A DNA stretch of 64,000 nucleotides from Eledone cirrhosa (GCA_964016885.1 OZ024741.1:79484001-79548000); one strand, 5' to 3'. Positions 1-13,660 are shown, numbered from the stretch's first letter. Made by a program: numbers and translations. Notes: generated by a model not told the origin, from the letters alone.

Positions 1-2070
1 AATGCAAGGTTATTAAGGATCAATTTTTGGTGAAAAAAAAACAATATATAGGAACTATAAAAGAAGGGAAACTAACTTAGCCATGTTATGGATAGATTAT
101 TGCGAGACATATGGTTTAATACCACACTTAAGGATCTAGAAATGCTTGAGTTTGTATGGAACTGAAAAGAATGTTGCAGAGCTTTTGAGTAAAAGCATGG
201 GTAAATAGAAGATGGAATTGACCTGTTAGAGACAAGGCTTGGGCACAACAGAAATCAAAGCGGGAATATTCTAGGATCACAGCTTGTCCCCATCTCTCTT
301 TGTACTATGCATCATCATCATCATCATCATCATTGTTTAACGGCTATCTTCCACGCTAGCATGGGTTAGACGGGAATTGTCCCATTTGAGGTAAGATTGG
401 TCAGGTGACTGTGTCTCGCTCATATAGGACTATCTGGCAGGTTTTCTATGGTTGGATGCCCTTCCTAACACCAACCAAATTTACAGCATGTTGTCACTAA
501 CTATGATTTTGAAAAGAATGAAAGCTGAACACCATTTCAAGGTGAATCAAGAGAAAGTCGATCGTTTAGCTTTTATGGATGATCTTAAATTGTATGGAAA
601 CAATGAATCGCAAATAAGCTTACTTGTGGATACTGTATATGGTTTCAGTCTTGAGATTTGAGTAGAATAGGCTTGAACAAATGTGAGGTGTTTGTGTTGA
701 AAAGAGGAAAAATCAAACACACTGACAGAATAGTGTTGCCATCAGAGGAAGATGACAGATACAAATATCTTGGAATTTTGGAGATGGATAGCATTATGGA
801 ATAGGAAATCAAATTGAGATTTACAGAAGAATACTTTTGAAGAGTGTGATTAGTTCTTATGACCAAAACAAATTTTAAACCATTCTGTTGAGATATGGTT
901 TACGTTATTAGTAGGGAAGTTGATGGACTGCAATGTTTGGACTCAAAAACAAGGAACTACTGATGAGGTATGGAGCTTTCCATCCTAGAAGGGATGTTGA
1001 TAAGTTGTACATACCAAGGTAAAAAGGAGACAGGTTTGATAGGTTGTAAAAACTGTATAAGGACAATGTAGCTTAATATATAAAGAATGCTATTGTTAGA
1101 ACTGAGAAAGTTAGATTTGGTTAATATTGACAATTGCAAAGACAAAGTTCAATACAAAAGAGAAAACACTGAACCTGTAAACAAGTGGGCGGGAAAGAAA
1201 ATACATGGATAATATCTGCAGGACACAGAAACTGAAACTGATGTGGAAAAGATGTGGTTATGGATGCACAAGAGTGAACTGAAACCAGAAACAAAAGATT
1301 TAGTATGTGCTGCTCAGGAGCAGGCCATAAGAACAAATTACATTAAACATGCAATTGACTACACAGCAGAAAGTGACAAATGTAGAATGTGTTGGGGGAA
1401 AAGATAAGACTGTGTGGCACATCACCAATCAAAGCAAACAAAATAGCCCAGAAATAAAACAAATGGTGTCATTATAATGTGACTAGGATCCTCAGTGAGA
1501 GTTGTGCAGAAAGTATGGCCTTGAGAGAGCAGGTAAATGGTATGAACACAAACTAGAAAGCATTGTGGAGAATGTTTGTGTCAAAATATTGTAGCATTTC
1601 ATGATCCAATGTAACCATATAGTATCATTATCATCATCATCATCATCATTTTACGTCCGCTTTTTCCTGCTTGCAAGGGTGGGACTAGAACCTAGAAAAC
1701 CAGATATCATAGGGATAGACAAAAACAGCAAACAATGTCTTAGATGTAGCCTGCTCTGCAGACACCAAGTTTTGTGACAAAGAAAGCAATAAAAAAGAAA
1801 GTTATAAAAAACTAGCTTGGGAGATAAGACACATATGGTCAATGAAGAAGGTAGAAGCAATGTTGTTTGTTGTGAGTGCACTAGGTACAGTCAGTCAATA
1901 AATAGAAAACTACATACAAAGAACAGAAATAAACATCAGAGTAGAAAACAACATTACTTAGAACTGCTTAAATCCTCAGAAAAGTGCTTGAAGGTGTCAC
2001 CTCAGTTCACAGGCTGTGAACAGCTGACATTTATATCCCATCATCATCTTGATGTTATGTGACAACACAG
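1..2070 (+). mobile_element. Degenerate R4/Dong-like (RLE-type) non-LTR retrotransposon, RT to restriction-like endonuclease
   Basis: Fragmented frames give RT motifs (GIF.G..LSP, LAFMDDLKLYG, YKYLG), a CCHC-like remnant (KCRMC..KTVWHI) and RLE KPDIIGIDK..C LDVA. Interrupted by RTE/SINE tails at about 311-488 and 1625-1687. Runs off the window start. Confidence 0.75.
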
Positions 2071-2071
2071 T

Positions 2072-2280
2072 AATAAATGTTTCTACTTTAGGTACAAGGG
2101 GAGGGGAAAATCGATGAAATCGACCTCAGTGCATTACTGGTACTTTATTTTATTAACTCTGTAAGGATGAAAGGCAAAGCTAACTTTGGTGGGATTTGAA
2201 CTCAGAACGTAAAAGGTCATAACTCTATGCTGCAAAGCATGGTGTCTGACCCTCTACCAATACTGTCAATCCACCAACTG
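2072..2280 (-). mobile_element. tRNA-derived SINE of the GCCTTTCATCCTT..GATAAAATAAAGTACCAGT family
   Basis: Reverse complement contains a B-box-like GAGTTCAAATCCC and the central domain shared with copies at 17609, 25865, 31675, 40465 and 46135. Confidence 0.6.
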
Positions 2281-3273
2281 TTTCTAATATAGATACAAGG
2301 CCAGAAATTTAGGTCAGTATATTGACCTCAGTATTTCACTGGTACTTATTTTATAGAACAAGGAAAGATGAAAAATAAAGTAGATGGCATTTAAACTCAT
2401 GTGAGATATAATTGGGTGGTTAAGAAGTTTATTTTGCAGCCATTTGGTTCCTGTTTTGATTTCCCTCCATGTTACATGGATAAATGGAAACTGAAACTAA
2501 AACATGAGTGTGTGTGTGTATGTGTGTGGTAAATAATTTAAAACAATAAAGAACTCCATACAAAGATGTAGAGTAATATCTTTATTATTTAAATTCTGGA
2601 TTAATCCACATTTCAAATGAAGTTACACACACATCTATTATATTAAAAGTGCCAAAATACTTTTAAATCACATGCTTTAACAAGTATTTATGGAAAGAGA
2701 GAGAGAAAGAACAAAAGTATGAATTATTTTTACAAAAAATTATAAAGGCATAGAATATTTCATCTTTGGCAATTTCAGTCATTTGTTAGATTTATTCTAT
2801 GTACTAGATAACGCCAGCACTACCACATTACAGATTGAACTAGGTGCATTTTATCATGATGCCAGCTCTACCACCTTACAGATTGGACTAGGTTCACTTT
2901 ATCATGGCACCAGCACTTTTGCTTTGCAGAGTGTGCTGGGTGCATTTTATTGAAGCACTAACACTCGAGGGATTGCTGTGTCCTCAGCTGAGTAGAAAGA
3001 AGCAGCAATGATAGTAGGTGTGGTGAGAAGTTGAAAGCATTGTAAAAGTGGCCATGTATAATGGATGGTAATGGCTGCTATGTGTTGCTGCTCAAGGAGG
3101 GAGAGTGAGAACAAGTGTTTGGATAATGGAGGTGTCCTTGGAGAGAGTGAAAGTGATGACTGACAGTTCATAAAATCTAGCTAAGATGGCCCTCTTCGTG
3201 TGTAGGCAGCTATCTCCCAGTTAGGTAGGCAGGGGTAAGAGAGAAGGTAGGTGTATAGATATATGTGTGTGTA

Positions 3274-3310
<37 letters not shown>

Positions 3311-3640
3311 AACAAGGTTAGAGGAATACTGCGTGGTTGCACATGGGTTACATATTATAAAATTAGTCCCTCATCAGTGATTTGCCAACCGTCATTGGTA
3401 TTTCATCGCATTAAAAATCAGATACCTCAGGTTGGTGTGAGCAATAACTAAAATAAGCTATTGGGACAAGTGAGTCGCGTAAAGCGAGTGAGACAAGTAA
3501 ACAACATAGAAGAATAAAAGCAAACCGAAGATAGGAAAAAAAAACAAGCAACATGGTTATCTGTTCAGCATAAGCTGGGTGAATTTCATGAGCGGTCAGA
3601 AAAACAGACCGTACGCCGTGATATATATATATATATATAT

Positions 3641-3839
3641 AATAAATCAAGATGGATACAATAAGAAACTGGTTAGACCATTACTAACCAGAGTACTCAA
3701 TACTTGGGGTAGTAGAGTATGGTTATATGAAAGAGTCAGGACCCCGATGGCTGAGCTCTTGCCGTTTCAACTGCTAGTTCCAGACTAGCTGTTGAAATGG
3801 CAGGAGCTCAGCCACCGGGGTCCTGACTCTTTCATATAA
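3641..3839. mobile_element. Penelope-type terminal fold-back insertion (family F1) in (TA)n
   Basis: Inverted arms 3723-3778 and 3784-3839, (TA)n on both sides. Homologous to the Penelope 3' terminus at 22588-22772; holds only the 3' half of its hammerhead. Confidence 0.75.
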
Positions 3840-4569
3840 TATATATATATATATATATATATTGAAATATCTAAAATCTGTTTCAATCCTAGAGGCTCAT
3901 TAGGCCAGTGCTTATCATGGTTTTCTTGGTGTTAAGCAACTGAGACTACAAGGCATTCTTCTGAACAAGACACCAGTCTATCACAGGGTTAAACCCCAGC
4001 TACAGCTGGTACTAATTTTCAATTGAATATAGTAAAGCAACATTAAATGAAGTGTTTTTTGCTCAAGAACAGCCCCAGTACAGGAATTGAACTTCTGACA
4101 TTATGATTTTAAGTCCAACAGCCTAACTACATATTCGTGTGTGTGTACAGATAGATAAATAGGTAGATAAGATTTCACTCTTAATATCCTCTTAGATGTT
4201 GCTACTGTTTATCTCCAAGTCATCCCTGATTGAACAGATCTCTGAACATGTATTTCATCCATTACCATTACATCTTTTTTTACAGACATTGTGTATCTAA
4301 GACTAGATTGTACAATGTGTCTTAAGACAGGCAGATTAAAGTGGAGTGAGGTTTAGCTGCTATTTGTAGTAAGGCAAGAAACTGCATAATGGCTCCTTCA
4401 TTGATTTGTAAATATCTCTGTCGTTATATCTGGTCACTATATATCGTCAGTCGATCAACAAGATCCCAGACCTCATTTGCCTAACGAGTGGAGTGGAGCT
4501 TGTCAAATTGGAACTAGGAAACAATGTTTCCATTGGTCTTTCCAATTGCTAATACTATTTGTTGATTGC

Positions 4570-4703
4570 AAATCCAGGCAGAAGGAGCAACGTTAAATAA
4601 AGTGTCTTGCTCAAGGACATAACACATTGCCCAGTCTGGAAATTGAAATCACAACCTCACGATTGCCAATCCAATTCTCTAACCACCCAGCCATGTGCCT
4701 TCA
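4570..4703 (-). mobile_element. tRNA-head CORE-type SINE fragment
   Basis: Reverse complement reads GGCACATGGCTGGGTGGTTAG..GTGATTTCAATTTCC..CCTTGAGCAAGACACTTT, as in the copy at 57496. Confidence 0.6.
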
Positions 4704-5567
4704 CTACATATAAGATTCCATAAATAATGTTCTGTTGATCAGCAAAATCTCAAAGTACCCACAGCTAATCATTATACTACTGTATTTCCCAGCATTAGAG
4801 ACGTTTTATTTCTAACATAAATGTTGAACATATATTGTACATCCTAGAGGACAAACATTACATTATAGTATGTGAAAGTGCTGAGATCATGTATATATTT
4901 TTCCAATACTTTAAAGTCAAAATTTGATTCTATGCCATGTCACATTGAGTAATTGTATTCTTCCATAGCCTCAAGTTTACCAATATTGAGAGAATGGAAT
5001 ATGGAACCTGAAAATGAAACAAATATGTGTTGCATGTGTGTTTGTGTGTGTGTTTATGTATGGTAAAAAATTTAAACAATACAGAACTCAATAAAAAAAA
5101 TGTGTTGAAAGCGTCTTCGAGGCTGGAACATCGGTGATGTCAGGAAATATGGTAATTATCTAGCTATATTAATGTTACTCAATTTGTGGTACATATATTA
5201 GCAACAGTATGTGAGCCATTGGTTGCTGGTACCAAGTGCAGTATTCCTAGACAAAAAGAGTTTAATTTTCTAGTATTGACCAAAGAACACCTTTCAGGTT
5301 AGTCAGTGTCAGTTTAAATTGGTCTAACAGTATTTTTGTTTCAGTTAATATAAATCTGTTCCTAAATGATAGGCTAGCCAATGTCATTATGACTAGTGTA
5401 GAAGATAACAATGTTCTTTTTAAATACAGCTAGAGAGATGTGGACTTCATTGTAATTAGAATGATTTGATAGTCTATACAATAGGCTTTTAATTGGGGCT
5501 ATGAAGGAAGTTAACTTCTCAATTATTATGTTCTGATAGTGGTTACATTGGGATAATAACAAATAAT

Positions 5568-5797
5568 ATCATCATCATCACCATCCTCCTCCTCATCATC
5601 ATCATCATCACTACCGCCACCACCATAATCATCATCACCATATCACCCAACACACCACCCACCACCATCATCACTACCACCACCACCATCATCATCATCA
5701 CCATATCACCCAACACACCACACACCACCATCATTACCATCACCACCACCACCATCATCATCATCACCATATCACCCAACACACCACCCACCATCAT

Positions 5798-5829
<32 letters not shown>

Positions 5830-6335
5830 CCATATCACCCAACACACCACCCACCACCATCATTACCATCATCACCACCACCATCATCATCATCACCATA
5901 TCACCCAACACACCACCCACCATCATCACTACCACCACCACCACCATCATCATCACCATATCACCCAACAGACCACCCACCACCATCACCACCACCACCA
6001 TCATCATCATCATCACTACCACCACCACCACCATCATCCTCATCACCATATCACCCACCACCATCATTACCATCACCACCACCACCATCATCATCACCAT
6101 ATCATCCAACACACCACCCACCACCATCACCACCATCACCACCACCATCATCATCATCATTACCACCACCACCATCATCATCATCACCATATCACCCACC
6201 ACCATCATTACATCACCGTCACCACCATCATCATCACCATATCACCCAACACACCACCCACCACCATCACCACCACCACCACCATCATCATAGTCGTCGT
6301 CACCGCCATCATCATCTTCATTATCCACATCAACA
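5568..6335. repeat. Compound (CAT)n/(CAC)n minisatellite with a higher-order unit of about 57-66 bp
   Basis: ATCACCATATCACCCAACACACCACCCACC recurs about 10 times between CAT/CAC triplet runs. Confidence 0.9.
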
Positions 6336-6769
6336 ACAACAACATTTTACGTCTGCTTTCCATGCTGACCTAGGTTGAATGGGTCACCGAGTTGTTTATT
6401 ATTTGGAGTTACTACCCTCCTAGATGGGTCAAAGCACCATTTGTTGTTTGTATAGTCTATTTTATCATGGTTACTACAACTAGATGTATTCCCTAATACC
6501 AATCACATTACAGAGTGTACTGAGTGCATCTTTATATACTCTCCATTCTTACAAGACAAATATGACTGAGAGGGCGATTTAAAAATGAGTGTTGGCCAAC
6601 AGGTTAAAAATGGAGAAGATATGAATATAAGTGTCAAGGGTGAAACAGGATGGTAGGATGGGAAAAGAGTAAGAGGGACAATGGTAGCTAAATGACAATA
6701 TGGTACTAGTACATGGAACATACGAAAAGAAAATTTTGAGAAGCACTGGTCAGCAAAATTATGTTTTAA

Positions 6770-6972
6770 TCTTTAGCATTTAAACCGGCGGTATCCGGCC
6801 AGAATTCTCTCATCTCTTTCTGTTCAAACTGGCTGTAACTGGCCAATCATACTGATGTTAAGGTATTGTTCTCAAAATGAATAATATCAAAATCTCATAG
6901 ATTCGATATTATGTGAAAAATGTTTACCATAAAATATAATAGTAAATATAGAGTAATGTAAATGCTAAAGGG
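6770..6972. mobile_element. piggyBac-type MITE (TTAA-flanked)
   Basis: TTAA-TCTTTAGCATTT ... AAATGCTAAAGGG-TTAA: imperfect terminal inverted repeats with TTAA on both sides. Confidence 0.6.
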
Positions 6973-7539
6973 TTAAAGAAGATATCTCACATTCAACTAT
7001 CTTTGGTGAACATAACCAGGAAGTGTTGATGTCATTAGACAGTGTCCAACATTCATTGGGTGTTTCAACCCTTAACTGTAACAACCTGTCATTAGTGAGT
7101 CAGCAATGGCGCCCATCTTCTCCTCCTTACATCCAGCTTATCTCCACTCTCCTGCTCCATATATAATCATTTAAAAAACATTTACCAGCATAATGAGGAA
7201 ATTTCATCATTATTCATTCATTCATCATCATTTTTTAACATCTACTTTCCCTGCTAGCAAGGGTTAGATGGGTCAGGTCAGTACTCAAGCAGAGCTACTG
7301 ACCTCTCAAATGGGCTAGGTACATGCATCTTGATTACTTACATTCCTACACTACTGACTGATGAGATGAGCCAGTACTATACATCTAGCTTACATACAAT
7401 TATTTGGACATTGTTCAGGCTGAGTGCTAATAACTTTTCCCTCCCTATCATCACTTTATCAAACTCTTTCACCTTCATTCCCCCTTCACATACACACATA
7501 TACATATCCATCCATCCATCTATCTATCTATATATCTAC

Positions 7540-7574
<35 letters not shown>

Positions 7575-7595
7575 CCTATCTATCAATCTATCTAC

Positions 7596-8573
7596 AGTGG
7601 CAGATAGTTTCTGTTACCTGGGTGACCAAATCAATAGTGGGGGAAGGTGTTCTGAAAGCACAGTAACCAGAGTGAGATTGGATTGGAGAAAATTCAGGGA
7701 GCTACTATCGTTACTAACAACAAAAGGTTTTCCCCTCAAAATGAAAGGCAGACTGTATGATGCATGTATATGAACAACAATGTTGCACAGAAGTGAGAGA
7801 CTGTGTGCCGAGGACCTGTGAAGATTAGATTAGAAAGAAATGAAGCCTCCATGCTTTGCTGGATGTGCAACAGCAATATATGTGAACGGCAAAGTATAAA
7901 TGTACTGCATGATAAATTAGGCATAAGAGGGATCAGTTGTTGCGTGCAGGAGAGGAGATTGCATTGGTATGGGCATGTGATGCGTATGAAGGATGACAGC
8001 TGTATAAAAGATGCAGAGCACTCAAAGTTGATGGTAGCCATGGAGTGGGCAGACCTAGGAAGACTTGGGATAAGGTAATAAAAGCTGATCTTGCACAATT
8101 ACACCTCTCAAAGACAATGACACATGACCGTGACCTCTGGCGCTATGCACTATTACAGAAGACCCGCCTTCTATTATTCTCAGGCTGAAGCTTATACCTA
8201 GTAGGCAACATTTTCCTCAACCTTCTTCTCTCTTATTCACCTCCCTTTGCGGTAACCATCCCTCCCCTACCTATGTCCGCAATTTCCCCAAGCTTCCTCC
8301 CTCCTCCCTAGTCCCAAGATAAAAGTGCCCAGTCCCCACTGTAGAGTGGTCATCTCAGTAACACGACAAAAGTGCCCAGTCCACACTGTAAAGTGGTCTG
8401 TAGGTGACACAACAAAAGGCACCCAGCACACTGTAAATATGGTTGGCATTATGAAGGGCACCCAACTGTAGAAACAGGGCCAAAATCTGCTGACCTGCAT
8501 ATCTCCCTAAGGATCAATCCATCCTACCCATGTTAGTGTGGGAGAAGGATGTTAAACGATGAGAATGATGATA
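7596..8573 (+). mobile_element. RTE LINE, 5'-truncated and frameshifted
   Basis: DSFCYLGD..RLYDACI..RRLHWYGHVMRM, the family 3' UTR and a GAT tail; preceded by (CTAT)n. Confidence 0.9.
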
Positions 8574-8621
8574 TATATATGTGTATATATATATGGTGTG
8601 TGTATATGTATGTATGATATG

Positions 8622-8672
<51 letters not shown>

Positions 8673-9004
8673 TATATGTATGTGCACGCAAATATATATA
8701 TAAAGCACTCAGCCCACATTGCAAAGTGGTCGTGTAAAAGACACAGCAAAAAGCACCTAGCGCACACTGTAAATGTGGTTGGTGTTAGGAAGGGTATCCA
8801 GCCATAGAAAACCAGCCATAAACTTACCTCTAAATGGGACAAACCCGTCTAACCCATGCTAGCGTGGAAGATAGATGTCAATCAATGATGATGATGTATG
8901 TATGTATGTATATATATACTGATACATACAGGCATGTTTGCCTGTATGTACCAGCACTACTGGTTTCATATAACCCAATACAACCTGTACAGATAGAGCC
9001 CAAT

Positions 9005-9480
9005 GATGAAATCTGATTACTATTTGTGTTAAGGAATTTAAACAGAAGCAGAGGGCCTATGCTGAAGTGAAGTGAGTAGCAAAATATATGGGTCTTGTTA
9101 GCCCCCTTCCAGAACAGGGTTCAAAAGAGACTCTTATCTGTAAGGGATGTGAACATGTATGTATGTCAAAAGCTGGGCATCTAAGCCAAGGCAGACAGAC
9201 ATACTCATAAAAATAATATCTTTGAGTACTCCATGCACTTTGATTTTACGTGTGGTATTTGTACCAAAGTATGCCACACAGCAGATGGGCTAACATGCCA
9301 TGCCAATCAGACTCAAACAGGCAGGAAACTTACCTGCACATTGTGTAGTATGACATGTAAGTCAATTCCTAGTTTGATGAGCCATCTAAGGTCACAGCAA
9401 CAGCGACATAAATAAAATGTTTTTGCCAATGACTTTTTATTATAAGAAGCAGTCAAACTTGGACATGAGTTGGCTTACCC
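9005..9480 (+). mobile_element. 3' end of an RTE/BovB-like LINE with three degenerate C2H2-like fingers
   Basis: CKGC..CMSKAGHLS, CGIC..CHTADGLTCH and CTLC..CKSIPSLMSHLR resemble the C..C...C.S..GL.SH.R C-terminus of BovB-type RTE proteins; (TATG)n follows. Confidence 0.45.
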
Positions 9481-9536
9481 TATGTATGTATGTATATGTA
9501 TGTATGCATGTATGTATGCATGAGATGTTACCAGTT

Positions 9537-9820
9537 AAGACTAGTAAGACCATTATTCCTTAGTACTCCATAATTATGGAAAGTAGAGTATAGATCTGGA
9601 GAGGAGATGGGCTCCGCCAGGATTTAAAATGTCCTAGAAACACCTTATCTCAATTTGGTATCCCTATGACTCTCTCGGGAATTACGGGTAAAGAAGAGTA
9701 TAGATATTATAGTAGGCTAGAATGTCCAATGATCAAGCTTAAACTGTTTCAATGGAAAATTTTGCCATTGAAATGGTTTTATCTTGACTATTAGGCATTC
9801 TATCTGATAATATTTCCATA
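9537..9820. mobile_element. Old F1-related Penelope terminal fold-back
   Basis: Imperfect arms about 9704-9755 and 9765-9813 around TTTCAATGG..CCATTGAAA; upstream AGTACTC..GTAGAGTAT resembles 3641-3720. Confidence 0.5.
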
Positions 9821-9952
9821 TATATTTATAGGTGGAATATTACTGGTTAAAACTAGTAAGACAATCATTCAACTTAATACTCTATATTTATTAAAGACTT
9901 TCTACCCTGCGGTGAAGCTTTTACTGTTTTGATAGCAGATGAAGAACTAAAT

Positions 9953-10260
9953 CAGAGGATCCCAACCTTTTGTGCACTATCCCCCACCTCAATATCTCAA
10001 AAATTGTTATGCCTCCCTTTGATATGAAAATTCCCCCCTTTGATATAAAAACAACGATTATCAACTACAAATTGTAAACAAATTAGCATATAGGTAGTGC
10101 CAGATGCTGAATAACAAGTGTAGAGGAGGTGAGACAGGAGTTTCTGACATTAATGTGTACCAAAGTTGCCTTCATGTAACAGTAATGAGGTAAAACCTGA
10201 AGTTTGTTAGTCTCATTAACATCATTTCAATATACAATCACACCCTCTGTGGAATCACTG
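9953..10260. mobile_element. hAT-type MITE with 8-bp target site duplication
   Basis: AACTAAAT duplicated at 9945-9952 and 10261-10268; ends CAGAGGATCCCAACC and TGGAATCACTG are imperfect TIRs of the Charlie/MER5 style. Confidence 0.7.
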
Positions 10261-11595
10261 AACTAAATCTAATTTGATTCAGCTTGTTTCAAAAGGGGGG
10301 GGGGGGGTAGTTTTGATTGACAGGTATGGGGACCTGTCTGGAAAGGGATTTTGTGGTGAAGGAAAAAAAGATGGGGTGGGGGAGAGAAATAGAATAAAGT
10401 TAAAAGGAGGAAAAGGAAAGAAGAAAAAAGAAAATATATAAAAAGATAGGGATGAAGAAAGATATGGAGGTGTGTCTTCATTATTGTCCTTATCTTGTGT
10501 TACATATATTTTTGTGGTTTTTAAAATATATTTTATGTCCTAGTTCCTCAGTAATGGGGTTTTAATTTAGTGGTGGTAGGTGTGTTTGATAATGTGTTTT
10601 AGTTTCTGGTCAGGAGATATCTTGTCTGTTAGACTGTTGTTGACCAATGGTCAAGATTCAATAAATCCCCCTGTTGGTATAGCAGTTTTGTGATTTATTA
10701 CGTGTAAGCCTTATTGAAAATATTTTTGCAATGTTGGTGTGATAGTTTTGCATAATGGGTTGTACTTGGTATCATACATTTGTTGTTGGTTGTGTATGTT
10801 TAGAATCCTTTATCTCCTTCATCGAGGTAATTTGGTTGGTGGTCGTAAAGTGATAGAGTGTTGATGGTGTCTAAACACCTATTGTAGTGTATAACTAATT
10901 CTACATGGAGGGTTTTAGTAGTGTAGGTGCAATAGTTGTGTGGTATTTGTGTATGTCACCCAAAATGTGTGTGTGCATATGCCTGTATAACCTATTTTTC
11001 TCTTAGGTGTAATTTAGTTGACAGCTGTTGATGGTTTCTGTACAATTATCATAGTGTATGCTCAATTACGCACACACTCGTATATATGCTCAATTACACA
11101 CTCACATACTCATATATACAAAGTTTTATAAATGGAATACACTTAATTTTGACTAAACAATATCCTCGGAAGCTCAATGTGTTATTATGATTATTATTCA
11201 TGCAGATTAAATACAACCAAGGTAAGGTCTGGGAGGTAAGATCCGAAAGACTGGAAAATAAGCAGTATCACAGAGCATTAATATGTATTTAAAGGAAAAT
11301 CGAAAGCTTTTATACTCATGCACATGCACTCACATATACATAAATACATACACAGGCTTAGTAGTAGGGTGTTCAGATAATGATTGTAAGGTTATGAGTT
11401 TGTTTTCCCAATGGTATATTATGTCTTTGAGAAATACACTTTATTTCACATTGTTCCAGTCCACTCGGCTTCATGAGGAATGATTTCATGAGTAGACTGC
11501 AATATTGGTTAAACAACAGGAACTCGCATCTTCGGAATCAATGGAGGTCCAACAACAATGTGTTTAAATTAGAAACCATTATTATTACTGTTTTC

Positions 11596-11626
<31 letters not shown>

Positions 11627-11884
11627 ATACCTTCAGTATCTTTATTTTTAATGATATTACTACTATTAATATCATTTTCCATAAGTGGCAACTGGAAAAT
11701 ACTTGGCTATTGTAAAAAGAATATTAGACTCCTGATTTTTCATAGCAAGAATTTGTTCTTCCCATTTCATTTAATGACGTAATTCTACTTGCATACATTT
11801 CACTGCATCTCAGGAGAACATCTTCACAAACTACTATTATGTCTTTCAATTAAACTTTCATCTGTTAATAATATATATATATAT

Positions 11885-12086
11885 AAAACAAAGAGGGTGT
11901 GGTAAGATACCAGGTGGACCATAACACATCAAAGTTCCAAATACTTAAGGTAGTAGAGTGGGTAATAGGAAAAGAGTCAGGACCCCGACGGCTGAGCGCC
12001 AGCCATTTCAGCAGCTAGATCCGAACTGAGTTCGGATCTAGTTGTCAAACTGCTGGAGCTCAGCCGTCGGGGTCCTGACTCTTTTC
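11885..12086. mobile_element. Penelope-type terminal fold-back insertion (family F1) in (TA)n
   Basis: Arms 11969-12027 and 12029-12086 with a 1-nt apex, (TA)n flanks; homologous to 22588-22720. Confidence 0.8.
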
Positions 12087-12099
12087 ATATATATATATA

Positions 12100-13660
12100 T
12101 CCCCCAGAAAGTACACCAAGAAACAATCTTAGTCAGCTTATATACTAACATCCCACACGACTTAGGCGTTGAAGCTGTTGACTTCTGGATTACAAAACAT
12201 CCAGACTACATTTCAGAGAGACCCCCCCCCCTCTCAAAAAAAAATTATTGGAAGGACTCAAACTAGTACTGGAGAACAACTACTTCCTTTTTGATAACGA
12301 ACTATATTTAAAAATAAAAGGAACGGCCATGGGTACCAAAGTGGCCCCAACATATTCAACACTCGTTATGGGCCACCTGGAGGCAAAATTACATTCAAAA
12401 CTGCAGGAAACTTTCAGTTGTGACTTCACCACCTACATTAATCACAACTGGAAACGCTACCTAGACGACTGCTTCATCTTCGGGAATAGAAGCCTAGAAG
12501 ACCTTCAAAGATTCCATTCTATCATAAACAATCTTCACGAAGAAATAAAATTCCCCATGGAATGTAATAAAAAGGAACTACCATTTCTGGATATCCTTAT
12601 CATTAAGGAAGGGGAAAATATCAAAACGGACTTATTTTACAAACCAACAGACACACACCAATACTTGAATTTCCATTTAGCACACCCCTCACATACCAAA
12701 AGAAACATTCCTGTTAACATGGCAAGATGCATCTGCACCATAGTGACACACCCCACACTACAGGGAAAAAGATTATATGAATTTAAAAAGTTCCTTAAGA
12801 GACAAGAATATCTGGTGAACCTCATCAACACAGCCATCTCCAAAGCCCAAAACATCCCAGTAACAACACTGAGAAAAACAAAGCAACAAAATAGAATGGA
12901 AAAAACAGTTATCCCTTTTGTCATCACTCACAATCCAAGGAACTTCAACATTGTAAAAGCCGCCAAACAATATCTCCCGATTCTCCAGCAGTCCCCCAAA
13001 ATGAATGCACTCATAAAAGATGCACAAATTATATATAGTAGACGCCAAGCACCCAACCTAAAGAAACTGCTTACCAAGGCAAAATTTACATCTAATAATG
13101 AAGCAATGCAAGTTACGAAATGCGGGGACCCTCAATGCGGGGACCCTCAATGCAGAACTTGCGAACTCATTGAAGAGGGTGGACAAATCTCCTTTAAAAA
13201 CAACCAGTCCATCACAGTTAATGCATGAAATTGCAAAACAAAAACTTGATTTACTGTGCAACCTGCCCACAATGTAACGAATACTACATTGGTGAAACCG
13301 TAACGGGTCTACATGACAGAGTTCGAGTATATAAACAACAAATTAGGGACTCCTCTGTCAGAAACACCACATGCAGTGAACACTTAGCAACATGTGGAAA
13401 GGGAAATTTCATAATTTACCCCTTCTTTAAGATATAGTCGGACAAAGAACACTTCCGAAAATATAAAGAAGAATCCTTTATTAGAAAATACAAACTACTA
13501 ATGAACACAAAAAGTGATAATCCATCTTCAAGCAACGGGATTCTCCCCTTCTCTTTCCTTTAAAAGAATCTCATATTGAAAAAGAAAAATAATTGCTGAA
13601 ACCCGTACTTTCAAACATTCGATCGCTGAAGAGAAGAAAAACCCTCAGAGGTACAATAAT
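12100..13660 (+). mobile_element. Penelope-like element, 5'-truncated RT + Zn-knuckle linker + GIY-YIG endonuclease
   Basis: SLYTNIP, GTAMGTKVAP, RYLDDCF, LPFLD, LFYKPTD, then C....C..C linker and LIYCATCPQCNEYYIGET (ORFs 12248-13228 and 13225-13437, frameshifted). Confidence 0.92.

Noticed and set aside
3307-3620. CTGATGAGGG on the minus strand (about 3368-3377) in a TA-flanked insert as a hammerhead
   Set aside because: GGG..CCC stem is present but no GAAA or stem III follows; at best a deleted remnant.
5543-6208. 221-aa M/V-rich ORF
   Set aside because: Translation of a triplet minisatellite.
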